Positions 9,748-21,871 of a stretch of DNA of 62,437 bases are shown piece by piece. Under the pieces are notes generated by a model, which was given only the letters and a program-made list of their open reading frames with translations, was not told the origin of the DNA and did no database searches. The translations under genes were made by a program, and so were the position numbers. Position 1 is the stretch's first letter, and the number at the start of each line of letters is the position of its first letter. Origin of the DNA: a virus (taxonomy: Duplodnaviria; Caudoviricetes); the IMG/VR virus record IMGVR_UViG_3300021425_000035, positions 1 through 62,437 of that record. One strand, 5' to 3'.

Positions 9748-12700
9748 GACCCTGATCAAACGCAAATTCACTGGATAGATGTGCAATATCACTAATGAAT
9801 ATTGTATTATTACTATCTAAGAAAACGCCATCATTATCAAAGAACATAATATAATACAAACTAGAATTTAATAAATTTTTATATAAAACAGCATATCCAT
9901 TTGTCCCAGCTTGAGCACCGTAAACACTATACTGTTTATTATACACAGTGTTTTCAAATCCAATAATTGCTCTTTCATCCAGAACACCTTCTTCATATGG
10001 AGCATTATTTAAAACTCCATTTCCATCAACACCCGTATTGTTAGGAACAATTAAACCATTTTGGAGTTCGGAAAGATTAGAATAGAATCTACCGTTATTA
10101 ATAACAGTAACATTATCAATCTCGCCATTTTCATTTGTGGAAAGGTTTATTCTGGCATCTAAACCAAACTCAGAACTTACTTGACAATTAACAAATGTAG
10201 TCAAAGGTTCGTAACCAGATCCTGGGTATATAATTCTTGGCGCAATAAGACCTTCTTCAAATAGTGATAGAGGAGCAGATGTAAAAATTGGACTTCCAAA
10301 ATTGGGATCTGCTGGATCTGTTATTGTTCCAATTTGTTCTGGGCCAGTTCTAAAGTCTGGTAAAACTAAACCATTGTATTCATAATATGTACATGGTTGA
10401 CATCCAATAACAATATAATCATTTAACTCATTTGTTTCTACTGGAGCACCAGATTCGTATTTAAAATAAACAAGTCTAGATCCATCCCACGCTAATAAGT
10501 TTCCATCCAAAACAGAAGATTTAAATCTGTAAAGTGTAGTATTACCAGCAGTCTCTAAAATTTTAAAAGTTCCGTTATTAATATCATACTGTTCTGGTGT
10601 AAGATTAATTGTACTTGGTAATGGTATATTTGATTTGATAAATCTAACAGCAAGAGTTATTTTATCTTGCACCGCAGCAATATAAGTATTAAATCCTCCA
10701 TATTCTATGGCAGTAATTTCCTCGTCTTCGGAAATTAGATTGAATGATAAATCAATTACAGTTCCATCACCAATTGGGGTAGTAACATTGGCAGTAAATT
10801 TAGTGCCCACTAAATCGGTTGAAGCTCCAATTCCAATCCAGTTTGTACTTCCAACGCTAGAAATAATATAATCCTGACCTGCTATTATTTCAGTGACTGG
10901 AATAATTTTATCCCTGTATAAATCAACATCGTACCAAACTCTAGCATTTGGAGAGTACCTAATAAATTGTCTATTGGTAACAGTATTAAAACCAGCACAC
11001 ACAAATTGACCATCATTGTAAGTTATTGATTTTACATCAAATTGGGCGGTACTATCTGGGGAAGTAATATCAGAAAAGTTTTCATATTCATAGATTTCAA
11101 TAAATGGATTTTGATATACTCCTTGGAATAATACTCTATATCCCGCTTCAACAAATTTTCCTAATCCGTAAGCTATTGATGTTGTTTTGATCGGCGTAAA
11201 GACATTATTGTAACCTTTAATTCTATCGCTAATCACATTAATGTTTATATTTGCTCCTGTAATATTTGAAAGAACATAGTTTTTATAGAAATTAGTTGAG
11301 GAAATTTGATCAAAAATTATTACATAATTATAGTCATCAAATTGAGCATCAATTACAGTATTAGTATTTCCTACTTCGATGCTATTCCACGTAATAGCAT
11401 CTGCCGATACAGAACTTGGATTTATTGCTGTGTAAAAGACACCATTATCACCTTGAATAAATGTATAAGATCCAATTCTTTTTATAAATTTTATAGTTGT
11501 TGCTAAAGGTAAAGTGTAATCTATTCCCGATCCAAGAGCAATATCAGACAATGCTATAGATTTAAATGTTCCGTTATTAAATGATATAAAAAGATTAGAT
11601 GTTTCTTTATGGAAAGAGAGATATGTTACTTGACTTGTAAATGTTCTATCTAACCAATTCTCTGCATCAAACGACCAATAAATTTTTGATCCAGAGAATG
11701 AGAAGAACACTGGTCTATCTAGATATAATCCAGAAGTAATATATTCTACTTTTCCATCAAATATTGGTTGCTGATTGGTAGGAATTTCTGACCAATAAAT
11801 TGGTCTGTTTTTCGAAATAAAGTTTCTTTGTTTGAAAACAAATCTACCAAGAGTAGTTCCAATAGACTTAGTGAACATTTCTCTGGTCGCTCTGGTCTGG
11901 ACAGTTTCAATATCAAAAATTGCTCCATCAGTTCCATCGGCTATAATACTAGTATTAACAATTTGCTGTCTTTGGTTATTTTTAAATCCACCAAGTTCAA
12001 TAGCACCAATTTCAAAATCTCGGGTGGAAAATCCATCACTACTTGCTACGTACATTGCAGTAGCATTAAAACTGCCACCAGTACTAAATAATGATAATAT
12101 TTCCAATAAAGTATTAGAAATAATATTACCAACATAATATTTTCTGGAACTTGAAACAATGTTGATTGGGTCAAAAGAACTTAGTGAAATAATAAACGAT
12201 ACTGTATCACCAACAGAAATATTTTCCGTTGTTCCCGATTCCAGAGGAACGAGATACTTAAATCTCCTCACATAAAATGTAATAACTCCAGACACAGGAC
12301 CAGTTAAAGCTTGTGTTAAATATACTACTTTATCAAAGTAGTTGATAGATTTTACTTTTGTTCCTGGTGCTATGCCAGCCCCCTCTACAAAACATTCTTC
12401 ATCATGAAGATAAGTAACATCACTTAATATAACAAAAGATAAAATATTTCCAACTTCACTAAATGATGATTTAGTCTTTAAATCTTTATTGATAGTGTAA
12501 AGATAATTATTAGACGTTATTGTACCTGGGATCAAAGATTTGTAGTTATCAAAAAGAACTGCTTTTTGTGGTCCATAAACTAGTCCTCGAACATTAGGAA
12601 CTCTTTCATATTCCGTCGTATAATCTTGTGATTTTACGATAACAGTATCTTTTAGTTTAGTTGCTAACTTTAGAGGTGTTGTTAGATTTACCTTAATATA

Positions 12701-15700
12701 TTTTTTCGCAAGATCTATTTGTGTACCAAATGTATTAGTAGCATACACCAATTGAGATTGTGCATTGGATATGATATTTGAAGCATCTGTAATACTCAAG
12801 AATGATGATGTAGTTTGAGAAGGTGTTTCATAACTAGTAGTACTTGGTTCTGTTCTACCTGATAATAAAGGAAGATTTGTAATAGAAAATACATTAGGAT
12901 TGGAATCTACAAGGCTAAAAGAAGCAATAGGACCGTATGGACCATTGATATCTGCTTCTGCTGAAGATAGATTTAGAGATCCAAATAAACCACCCCTAGT
13001 AGAATTGCCCTGATATGTAGTTCCAGTGAAATATGCTACATTGTTATAGACTTTTAGTGATTGATTTCTACTAATAGTATCTGTAAGCAAATAATCTTGT
13101 GCGGTAGATCCAAATTCTTTTGTTAGAATTATGTTTCCATCTGTATCTAACTGGAAAATAAACAAATCATTTCCAGTTTCTCCACTATAAGTTAAACCAT
13201 ATACTGTAACAGTTCCAGTTGCTTTGTCAATATCCATACCTCCAACAGGATATTCACCTGATCTATTACCATCAAAAACTTTACCCCACTGATAAACACC
13301 ACTGCTATTTAATTTGTATACTACAGTATACTCGTATCTGTAAGTATTGATGCTGCTGGTTCCGCCATATTCATAAGCAAGCACATAGATATTATCATTA
13401 TCATCTACTTGCAGAGCAGAAACATATTCGGAATTATTATATGACGTATCAAATTGAGTATATGTTTTTTGCCATATCAAACTATTACTTGAATTATACT
13501 TATAAACAGAAGAAAATTGACCGTATATGTTTATAAGAAGAATTTTGTTTCCAGCAGAATCAAATTTTATGTCTCTAATTTGCCACTGATATGAATTACT
13601 TCCAATATACTTATTATCGAGAATGGTGGTTAGATTATTATCAACTTTGAAAATTAGGCCGCCTTCATATGAACCAGTCTTACTCATTCCAGTAGAGATT
13701 CTGTCACTAATTCCATGCTGACCAGCAAGGAAATTGAAATCGTTATAGTTCCAAACTACTTGATTGTTATCAGTAAAAGTGACATTAATTTCTTTCAGAT
13801 CAACATTATCCATATAAGTTGACCAATAATAACCACCAGCAAATATACTGAAGTAGTATTCATTGGAGTCAAATGCTTGTATAGTAAATGTATGCTGTGG
13901 TGATGCTGGTTTTACATTTGTTTTGGAATAATATATTTGCATTTGAGCAGTTGATGGATTATAGTCCATCCAATAAAATACATTTTGTTTTATGCCAACA
14001 AATGGTGCAGTACCAGAAAGAATTGTTGTATTAATTGCTTGCTGTTCATGTGGATTAGACGCTGATCCGCCAGTTGTTTTATAATATCTAACAGTATTAC
14101 TAGTATCTCTCCAGACATTGCCAGTAAAAACAAATGAAGCATATTCTAAAGAACTGCTTGTATGTCTTTGCATATTGTAATAGTCGCCGTGCTTATCATT
14201 TTGCTTTGTCCAACCAATACCAAATACTCCAGATGTGGTATTATTATTTGGGTCGGACATTTCAATATTGAATGAAATGCTAAATGGTCTATTCCATGCA
14301 TACTTGTTTTCTGTGTAAAAATTATTAGTTTGATAATCACCATTATAAAAACACATTCTCAAGTCTTTACCATTGACTATATTATATCCAGTTCTATATC
14401 CGTTATGACCGTCATACAAAGTATGGAGAGCAAATCTCCATCCACTTGTATTTGGAACAGAAGGTAATTTTATACTATAATGATAATTTCCAAATAGATA
14501 TGATAAACTTGCTATTCTTTCACCTTCAAATGAGAATGCTCCTCCACCTTGCGGACTATTTCCTCCACTGCTATAAACATTATTATTTGTATCTGTTGAA
14601 ATATGTATTAAATTATTATCGTTTTCATAGAATCTAATTTCATGGAATTTATTTGGAGATCCAAGAGCACCAGTACTACTAGTACTTCCTTCGTAAACTA
14701 TATGATATACTCTATTTGGTGCTGTTCCTGTAATTCCATATCTAATTCTCTGGCACGAATAATTGGATCTAGTTCCAAAAAATACTTTGTCTTCCGCTGG
14801 ATATGTGTTTGTAAAATTGCTATTACTTGGATTATATGAACCAAATATAATTGCTCCTTTAGTACTCAAGTATGCTGTATTGTGAAGTCTTCCTTGGAAA
14901 TTTACATTCCAAGGAAGAGAAATTTCCCAATAACCATTGTAGTTATCTCCCACGGTTGGAGTGGTAGATTGACTCCAATCTGCTGGGAATAAACCAGTAA
15001 ATCTAGTTGTTCCCGTTATCCAAAGATCTCCATTTGAATCAAACTCAAATCCTCCATATGGTTCTTCTATACCACCAGATGATATTTTCTTATCTGCTAA
15101 TAAAACACCATTGGTGGTAAATTTCATAATATGAATACTAAAATCTGATCTATTTCTTAGAAGACAGAAAATCTGATCATTGTATATTTTTAGTCCTTCT
15201 GGTCTATAACTAAAATTAAAAGGGCTTTGAATTGCTTTTGACCAAATTACTTCTCCAGTAACATCATACTTAGTGACAAATGCTCTGTCTCCAGTAATGC
15301 TTGAACCATAATATTCAGTATTCAATACATAAATGTTTCCACTAGAATCTATATCTATACCGCAAGTTGCTTGCTGATAAATTCCATATTGATTAGTGTG
15401 TTGGAAATTTGTAATAAAGTTTGACAAAACTTGTTGATCCTCGCCACCATCTGGATATTCAATAGATTCAATTTCGTAATCATTACCTTCAAAAGATAAA
15501 ATATAATTGCCAGTAGTTTTATTTCCAAATTCATCATACTTTGGTGATAGTCCAGTAAGAGTTTCTGGATCTAAAATTTTATCCGAAAGGTACATAGTTT
15601 TACTATATTTTTTGGAAGCAAAAGAAATATACTTTGAGAATAAACATTTTACTGGTTTGATATCAAGACATCCTGATAGAGGAATATATTTAAATCCTTT

Positions 15701-18700
15701 CCCATTGTTAAATTTATTGGCAGCAGTAATTATACCATCGTTTAGACCCGATAAAATTTCGGAATCGACAATATACATCTTTCTAAATGGCGTTCCTTCA
15801 TTATTGGAAACAGATGTATTTGTGGTTGGTTTATTAATATAAAAACTTTTGCCATCCTTTAAAAGAGAAACTTTATATCCTGGACCTAATGCGTATGATG
15901 TTTGTATTAGAAGTTCATCACCATTTACAAGTTCTGTTATAATAGATCCTGCTTCTAATTCCAATGTAGTGTCATTAATATAAGTACATGTTTTTGTTGA
16001 ATCTATTTTTTCTGAAAATATTATGTTTTCATTAAATTGTTTTGTTGTAGCATGATTACTACTTAAAGCAATATTAATAAATGGATTATCTACTTCCAAT
16101 CCTGCCACTTTAATTTGAACTGCTGCTAAAGGATTTGGTGGATATGTATCTGTTACAACAACACGAACATTTGATAATTCATCCATACCATTATAAATAA
16201 TTGAATTTTCTTTAATGGCATTATATGGACTAAATGATACAATAGATCCAGATGAGTGTGGTTCTTTGATAATACAATCACCAAAATACTTATTAGTTCT
16301 ATAACCATAGTAAATAATTTCATTATTAATTTTAATATTTCCAAATTGTGGATATGATGGATCAATAGCTTCTGGAACCATAGGAAGAATACCAGTAGTT
16401 TCATTAATACTATTAGTAGCACTATAAGTTTCCGTCGAAACTCTTATATAATCAGTCCCATTTTCAGAAACAAACATTTCAAATTTTGATGGGAATATTC
16501 CGAGGAAAGTACCGCCCCTCCATAAACTAAATCCATCAACTAAAACTGGATCTTGGAATTCAATAATATAACTTGTTGATCCATTAGCACCATGATTAAA
16601 ATCATAAATTACTTCGGATTCAGTAATTCCATTAATTAATAAATTTAAAGTAGATTGATTAAATTCATTACTTGTTCCTGGTCCAGAGATAGTAGCGTTT
16701 GTATATGGAACTTCTACTCCATCATAATATAATTTTATTTCTGAAAAAGCTGTAAAGGTATAGAAAGGAGTCTGAGTTTCAAATATTACTAATTTATAGA
16801 ATCTTTTAGGAATGACAGGATTGGCAAGAATTTCAATTTTAGTATCTGAAGAGTTAATTGAAAGCTCAGTTGTCAATCTTGGATATTTGACAGCAATTTT
16901 TGTTTGTGGTTTAATAAAGAAAGTATTATATTGATTTACTGGAACAGTAAACGTATATGAATTATTATCAAATTGAACTTCTGTGTATGATACAAGTTCA
17001 TTTCCAATAACTACTTGCCCAGATGGAGGAACTAAAAATTCATCTAAATTTTCTGGTGCTTGGGTAAAAGTATCTTGTGTTTTAATTTTATTAAATCCCG
17101 TAATTTGGAATATTTCTGGTTGATTTCTAGGATTATTGACGTTACTATCTAATATTACTTGTACCGCTAATGAATCAACATTTCTAATAACATCAATAAT
17201 TGTCCTAAATTCTGGACTAGTTATTCCAGGTCCATATACTCTTTGTCCAAAAACAATTCCACTTGCTGGGTTTGAAAAAGATAATGTGTTTTGAGACGTG
17301 GTTGCTTCAAATTCTTGGAATAATTTCTGAGCTACTCTTGCCTTTAAATTATATCCAGAACCAGTTGGGAATGAAATGGAAGTACCATTTTTTTCTGTAG
17401 AGATAGAAAGATCCCTAGTAGAGACTGAATTTGCGGCAGTTACATAGTAAACAGTATCCGCATTTAAAATAGTAGATAATTCTGGTGGTATATTAGTAAA
17501 ATAAATACCATTTCCTACTCCAATACTTAAAGTTGGAAAAATAAGACTGTTGGTGCCACTCTGCAATAAATTAGTGCCGTTTGATTCTTGTATAGTATAA
17601 GTTTTTTGGTCCGCAGAAGCAACGTGGAAATATCTTGCTTCTTCATCTTTATCCAAATTCCAGAATACTGAAGGGTCATATTGATCTGGAACATAATAAG
17701 TATTTAATTCAACATCTCCTCGATTCCAGGCAGTAGAGAACCAAACTACTTTACCATTATCCTGAGAATATCTAGTGTTTTTATTTAAGTTTGGAATAGG
17801 GTCAATTAAATATTCGGTATTGACTGGTGGATCACTAGAAAGATCTTTAATTTTCCTGATGTTTACAATTTCCAAAACGGATGGAATGCCCTTAGCAAAA
17901 GTATCATAATTTTCTACAGTTTCTGGTTGCACCAAACTAAGGTTATTTACATAAACATAGTAATACTCTGTTTCTGTTGGGTGATTTTCAAATCCTATAA
18001 CAGGTGCAGTATAATCACTTCCATCATAGAAAACTATTGTAGTATCGTCTTCGTATGCTGGATTAAAATAATCATTAGTTATTTGAGATACATGTGAAAC
18101 ATTTGCCTGAAGATTACCAATATCAGACTTCTTGAGTTTAAATCTAGCACAGGATTGTCCACCAAATGAGGCTAAGTTATATTCATAGATAATAATATCA
18201 CGATATACTTGTCTAGGTGTTCTTACTTTTACTTTTACTGGACTGTAGTATCCAGAACCAATTGTAAATGACGCATTACTAATATATGTACTCCAAATGG
18301 GATTTGGATTTAAATACACATAAGTTCCAAAAGAGGATTGAAATACTCTAGATATAATAAACTCCTCATCTCCAAATGTTGAAATTTTAACAATACCTCC
18401 ACTCGTAATTTTATCTCTATTGGTTACAGAACTAGGCACAAAGAAATAAGCATAACTAATTCCATTTGATTGCCCCCATGTAGTAACGGTTATTTTACCA
18501 GGATCGAAAATTCTGGGATACTCTGGAGAATATTGTTCCAAAGACCAAATAACAGCACCATCTAATGGCAATCCTGGACCATAAATTGTATCACTAACAC
18601 CAATACCAGAACTATCATTTAAAACTATAGTTTCTCCATCTGTTATCGGTTCATATAGATATTTTGCCCTAGAAGAAGACACACTTTCGTTTGAGAAAAA

Positions 18701-21700
18701 TTGATCTCTTGATGCTTGAATTAAAAATGTTTCGGTTTGTGACCTTGGAGTGAAATAAGTGTTATCATCATCAGCAATCCCACTGGTGTTATTTCTAGCT
18801 GAAATAAATGCTTGATATGCTGCACCATATAAATCTTCGTATGCTCTATTGCCAATGGGATATGGTTCTAGATAATATCTTTGTACTACACTTTGTATAT
18901 TATAAGAACTATAAAATGCTGTAGTATTTTTATCATATCCACCATTTTGTTTAGAAGTTCCAAATAGAGCAATATATGGTATTCTTCCTCCTATAGTATC
19001 TACAAACGAAAATTGTGCAACTCCGCCAACCATGCTTCCTTCTGAAACATTTGGATCAAAAATATTTCCAGCAGATTCTAGATATACAATATTATCGATA
19101 AAATCTATTTTAGAAATTTTAGCACCATTTCCATCTCCATTATTATCCAGACCAAACAATCCTGTTATTCTCATAGTCGGGGATAAACCACCAACCTCAT
19201 TAAATTTAATTGAGTTGTTTACCTGATTTACTGAAATTACTTCTCTTTGATATATTTGATTTATGAAAAAGTTACAAGGACCATATAATGGTACTTGATA
19301 ACTAAACCTGTTAGATTTATCTGAAACTGGTTTACCTATAGTACAATAACCATCAATGTTAAGGTATTGTGGATCTATTTGTACACTTCCTTGTCTCCAG
19401 TAAAATCTAGAAGATGTAGATGGATTAAAAGATCCATCAGAATTAAACACGGTATTAGATTGTTCCGATATATCAAGAACTGGCCTTACAGGATTTACAA
19501 TATTGCTAGATTCAAATCCAGTATGAGCTACGGGAGTTGTTCCAAATTGTCCTCGAACAACTCCAGTCAATTCATATCTATTTTCGGAAATTTTAGTATA
19601 CCCTTGAAATTTTATAATTTCATCATCTATTCGTATATAAGGTGTTAGTGAGTATGATGTAGTTGGACCAGTTTGCCAAGTGGAGTCTGTGTTTCCATAA
19701 ATCCATACTTTTTTCCAATATTTTGTTTTTGTAGTTGTCAAAACAGGTTCCGTAGTTCCAATTCTTTCGTTCCAGGAGATAGCTTGAACATCAGTTTCTA
19801 AATTTGCTAATATAATATTCTGAGTAACTCCGCCGCTACTAATATCAGACATCAATTGTGGTAGTGTAACACCACCCAATGGATAAAAATCTGCAAGTAT
19901 GATTGGAGTTGTAGAATTTTCGCCATCTGTTCCTAAGTAAAAGTTATATGAATAAGGATTAGCTACAGTGAGGCTTTCTGCTCCATCGGCATTAGTACTA
20001 ACCCCAATACTGCTTCCTAACGAATTAGTAAATATCGAAACTGCAATTCTATCTTTATTCCTTATAGTGCTAATATCTCCACTCAATGAAGAATTATAAG
20101 AAAAAAATGAGGTCGCAATAGTAAGGTTAACTGGATATTGAGATATCGGTGATGATGGATTGTAGGTAATAGGATAAGATGCTGCAAACCATCGGTAATT
20201 CACAAATGGAATATTTAATGTTATTGATGATGGATAATTAATTTCGTTTATATCTGTATTTGTCCAAAGATATGCTGAGCTACTTCTTCCAATTGTTACA
20301 TGATCTAAATAATTTGTGCTAGTAGAATTTACATCATCAGCAGTTATATTGGATATAAAGAAATCAAATCCAATAGAAGTATAAACTGCTCTAAATCTTA
20401 CTTCTAATCCTACATTTGGTATAGTATCAAGAACAAAAGAACTACTTAACCCCTTTAATAAATTTTTATATATAATAGCATACTGTAAAGTGTTATTTTG
20501 ATCTATGGATAATCTAGATGGATATTTAAAATTTATATAATATTCATAATAAGTAGTTCCTTCTGAACTAATCTTTGTTGCAATTTTGTTATAACCAGTA
20601 ATTGGTGTAGAATCCCATCGATATTTCAAATCCCCTTCAAAATTTGGATTATAAACCTGAGTATAAAATGAATATTCCTCATTTTTTGGATTTGGAATTA
20701 ATACAGACAGATCTTGATCTGTCTGTATTTTTATTGATCTGGTATATTTTGAATAAATTGCATCCCCACTAGTTGCCGATACAACATTAACATTTATAGA
20801 ATTTCTTTCAAGCTGTTTATAATATTCAGCGTTTCTTGTACCAGTTGATGTATTTAATTTAGACCATAAAGAATTGACTCCCCTTTCAAAAGTTATCTCA
20901 TCTCCAACATTTATTTGTGTTTGTGGAGCGGCTGATAAAAAAACATTATAAAACTCAGAAGAATTTGCATTTTCTTCTATAAAATTTACTACGGAGTTTT
21001 GGAAAACCGAACTAACTATATAATCACTCAGTGTCAAACCACTATTATTTAATTCAGATCTTTCTATTGTTATATTATATCCTGTTAACTGAACGCCATT
21101 AACATACAGATCATCATCTCCATCTCTTCCTCCAAATTGAGATCCTTTTATTGTAAGATTTTCGCCTTGAGCATATCCAGAACCAGAAGTAACAATAGAT
21201 ACTGAAATTGGTGACATTGATCCAGATGGTTGTTGGTTTCCGTCTTGATCTTCTTCATAATTTAACCCTAAAACAACTCTAAATGTTGCTCCAGTTCCAC
21301 CAGAAGTGGCTGGTTCATGCTGAACAATATATTCAGTAGGATCATTTTCTCCTAAAATAATTTGAATCTGATCTTGGAGAATTGGGGCTTCACTCTGGCC
21401 AGTCTGAACCACCCCAACAACTAGATTACTAAGTACGTGTCTATATCCAGTTATTGCACCACTAACGCCGTCATCTGGCACTAGGAGAACACCGCTTACT
21501 AATACGTTAAATTTGTCAATAAAATCTTTTCTAATCCATGTTTGACTAGCATCACCATCACCACCAACAGATCCTAAGTTTCTTCCTAACCAATCTACAC
21601 TAGGAATAACTTTAGCATCTGTTAAAGTAGCAGTAGCAAATCTATTAAAGTACTGTGCTCCAAGTGAAGTGCTACCTACATTTTCTTCTTCTAAAGCATC

Positions 21701-21865
21701 ATTCAAATCAAGCAAAACAGCTGGGTCGGTAGCCCAGTTTTTAAAATCTGCCATGTTGGCAGAATCATCAGTTTGTATTAAAATATCTGCGGTTGATGGT
21801 AGTTTACCAATAGAAGATCTGGTGATCTTTTTTGAAAAAAATGATCTTGATACTACTGCTGACAT
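9743..21865 (-). CDS. Giant mosaic virion/receptor-binding protein (4040 aa)
   Basis: 12.1-kb uninterrupted ORF; discoidin/F5-8-like segment, beta-propeller repeats ('GIDIDSSGNIYVL', 'VDDNDNIYVL'), 'IDDEIIKF...RGQFGTTPVAH' cyanophage structural repeat. Confidence 0.75.
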   Translation of the reverse strand: MSAVVSRSFFSKKITRSSIGKLPSTADILIQTDDSANMADFKNWATDPAVLLDLNDALEEENVGSTSLGAQYFNRFATATLTDAKVIPSVDWLGRNLGSVGGDGDASQTWIRKDFIDKFNVLVSGVLLVPDDGVSGAITGYRHVLSNLVVGVVQTGQSEAPILQDQIQIILGENDPTEYIVQHEPATSGGTGATFRVVLGLNYEEDQDGNQQPSGSMSPISVSIVTSGSGYAQGENLTIKGSQFGGRDGDDDLYVNGVQLTGYNITIERSELNNSGLTLSDYIVSSVFQNSVVNFIEENANSSEFYNVFLSAAPQTQINVGDEITFERGVNSLWSKLNTSTGTRNAEYYKQLERNSINVNVVSATSGDAIYSKYTRSIKIQTDQDLSVLIPNPKNEEYSFYTQVYNPNFEGDLKYRWDSTPITGYNKIATKISSEGTTYYEYYINFKYPSRLSIDQNNTLQYAIIYKNLLKGLSSSFVLDTIPNVGLEVRFRAVYTSIGFDFFISNITADDVNSTSTNYLDHVTIGRSSSAYLWTNTDINEINYPSSITLNIPFVNYRWFAASYPITYNPSSPISQYPVNLTIATSFFSYNSSLSGDISTIRNKDRIAVSIFTNSLGSSIGVSTNADGAESLTVANPYSYNFYLGTDGENSTTPIILADFYPLGGVTLPQLMSDISSGGVTQNIILANLETDVQAISWNERIGTTEPVLTTTKTKYWKKVWIYGNTDSTWQTGPTTSYSLTPYIRIDDEIIKFQGYTKISENRYELTGVVRGQFGTTPVAHTGFESSNIVNPVRPVLDISEQSNTVFNSDGSFNPSTSSRFYWRQGSVQIDPQYLNIDGYCTIGKPVSDKSNRFSYQVPLYGPCNFFINQIYQREVISVNQVNNSIKFNEVGGLSPTMRITGLFGLDNNGDGNGAKISKIDFIDNIVYLESAGNIFDPNVSEGSMVGGVAQFSFVDTIGGRIPYIALFGTSKQNGGYDKNTTAFYSSYNIQSVVQRYYLEPYPIGNRAYEDLYGAAYQAFISARNNTSGIADDDNTYFTPRSQTETFLIQASRDQFFSNESVSSSRAKYLYEPITDGETIVLNDSSGIGVSDTIYGPGLPLDGAVIWSLEQYSPEYPRIFDPGKITVTTWGQSNGISYAYFFVPSSVTNRDKITSGGIVKISTFGDEEFIISRVFQSSFGTYVYLNPNPIWSTYISNASFTIGSGYYSPVKVKVRTPRQVYRDIIIYEYNLASFGGQSCARFKLKKSDIGNLQANVSHVSQITNDYFNPAYEDDTTIVFYDGSDYTAPVIGFENHPTETEYYYVYVNNLSLVQPETVENYDTFAKGIPSVLEIVNIRKIKDLSSDPPVNTEYLIDPIPNLNKNTRYSQDNGKVVWFSTAWNRGDVELNTYYVPDQYDPSVFWNLDKDEEARYFHVASADQKTYTIQESNGTNLLQSGTNSLIFPTLSIGVGNGIYFTNIPPELSTILNADTVYYVTAANSVSTRDLSISTEKNGTSISFPTGSGYNLKARVAQKLFQEFEATTSQNTLSFSNPASGIVFGQRVYGPGITSPEFRTIIDVIRNVDSLAVQVILDSNVNNPRNQPEIFQITGFNKIKTQDTFTQAPENLDEFLVPPSGQVVIGNELVSYTEVQFDNNSYTFTVPVNQYNTFFIKPQTKIAVKYPRLTTELSINSSDTKIEILANPVIPKRFYKLVIFETQTPFYTFTAFSEIKLYYDGVEVPYTNATISGPGTSNEFNQSTLNLLINGITESEVIYDFNHGANGSTSYIIEFQDPVLVDGFSLWRGGTFLGIFPSKFEMFVSENGTDYIRVSTETYSATNSINETTGILPMVPEAIDPSYPQFGNIKINNEIIYYGYRTNKYFGDCIIKEPHSSGSIVSFSPYNAIKENSIIYNGMDELSNVRVVVTDTYPPNPLAAVQIKVAGLEVDNPFINIALSSNHATTKQFNENIIFSEKIDSTKTCTYINDTTLELEAGSIITELVNGDELLIQTSYALGPGYKVSLLKDGKSFYINKPTTNTSVSNNEGTPFRKMYIVDSEILSGLNDGIITAANKFNNGKGFKYIPLSGCLDIKPVKCLFSKYISFASKKYSKTMYLSDKILDPETLTGLSPKYDEFGNKTTGNYILSFEGNDYEIESIEYPDGGEDQQVLSNFITNFQHTNQYGIYQQATCGIDIDSSGNIYVLNTEYYGSSITGDRAFVTKYDVTGEVIWSKAIQSPFNFSYRPEGLKIYNDQIFCLLRNRSDFSIHIMKFTTNGVLLADKKISSGGIEEPYGGFEFDSNGDLWITGTTRFTGLFPADWSQSTTPTVGDNYNGYWEISLPWNVNFQGRLHNTAYLSTKGAIIFGSYNPSNSNFTNTYPAEDKVFFGTRSNYSCQRIRYGITGTAPNRVYHIVYEGSTSSTGALGSPNKFHEIRFYENDNNLIHISTDTNNNVYSSGGNSPQGGGAFSFEGERIASLSYLFGNYHYSIKLPSVPNTSGWRFALHTLYDGHNGYRTGYNIVNGKDLRMCFYNGDYQTNNFYTENKYAWNRPFSISFNIEMSDPNNNTTSGVFGIGWTKQNDKHGDYYNMQRHTSSSLEYASFVFTGNVWRDTSNTVRYYKTTGGSASNPHEQQAINTTILSGTAPFVGIKQNVFYWMDYNPSTAQMQIYYSKTNVKPASPQHTFTIQAFDSNEYYFSIFAGGYYWSTYMDNVDLKEINVTFTDNNQVVWNYNDFNFLAGQHGISDRISTGMSKTGSYEGGLIFKVDNNLTTILDNKYIGSNSYQWQIRDIKFDSAGNKILLINIYGQFSSVYKYNSSNSLIWQKTYTQFDTSYNNSEYVSALQVDDNDNIYVLAYEYGGTSSINTYRYEYTVVYKLNSSGVYQWGKVFDGNRSGEYPVGGMDIDKATGTVTVYGLTYSGETGNDLFIFQLDTDGNIILTKEFGSTAQDYLLTDTISRNQSLKVYNNVAYFTGTTYQGNSTRGGLFGSLNLSSAEADINGPYGPIASFSLVDSNPNVFSITNLPLLSGRTEPSTTSYETPSQTTSSFLSITDASNIISNAQSQLVYATNTFGTQIDLAKKYIKVNLTTPLKLATKLKDTVIVKSQDYTTEYERVPNVRGLVYGPQKAVLFDNYKSLIPGTITSNNYLYTINKDLKTKSSFSEVGNILSFVILSDVTYLHDEECFVEGAGIAPGTKVKSINYFDKVVYLTQALTGPVSGVITFYVRRFKYLVPLESGTTENISVGDTVSFIISLSSFDPINIVSSSRKYYVGNIISNTLLEILSLFSTGGSFNATAMYVASSDGFSTRDFEIGAIELGGFKNNQRQQIVNTSIIADGTDGAIFDIETVQTRATREMFTKSIGTTLGRFVFKQRNFISKNRPIYWSEIPTNQQPIFDGKVEYITSGLYLDRPVFFSFSGSKIYWSFDAENWLDRTFTSQVTYLSFHKETSNLFISFNNGTFKSIALSDIALGSGIDYTLPLATTIKFIKRIGSYTFIQGDNGVFYTAINPSSVSADAITWNSIEVGNTNTVIDAQFDDYNYVIIFDQISSTNFYKNYVLSNITGANININVISDRIKGYNNVFTPIKTTSIAYGLGKFVEAGYRVLFQGVYQNPFIEIYEYENFSDITSPDSTAQFDVKSITYNDGQFVCAGFNTVTNRQFIRYSPNARVWYDVDLYRDKIIPVTEIIAGQDYIISSVGSTNWIGIGASTDLVGTKFTANVTTPIGDGTVIDLSFNLISEDEEITAIEYGGFNTYIAAVQDKITLAVRFIKSNIPLPSTINLTPEQYDINNGTFKILETAGNTTLYRFKSSVLDGNLLAWDGSRLVYFKYESGAPVETNELNDYIVIGCQPCTYYEYNGLVLPDFRTGPEQIGTITDPADPNFGSPIFTSAPLSLFEEGLIAPRIIYPGSGYEPLTTFVNCQVSSEFGLDARINLSTNENGEIDNVTVINNGRFYSNLSELQNGLIVPNNTGVDGNGVLNNAPYEEGVLDERAIIGFENTVYNKQYSVYGAQAGTNGYAVLYKNLLNSSLYYIMFFDNDGVFLDSNNTIFISDIAHLSSEFAFDQGL

Positions 21866-21871
21866 TTTTTC

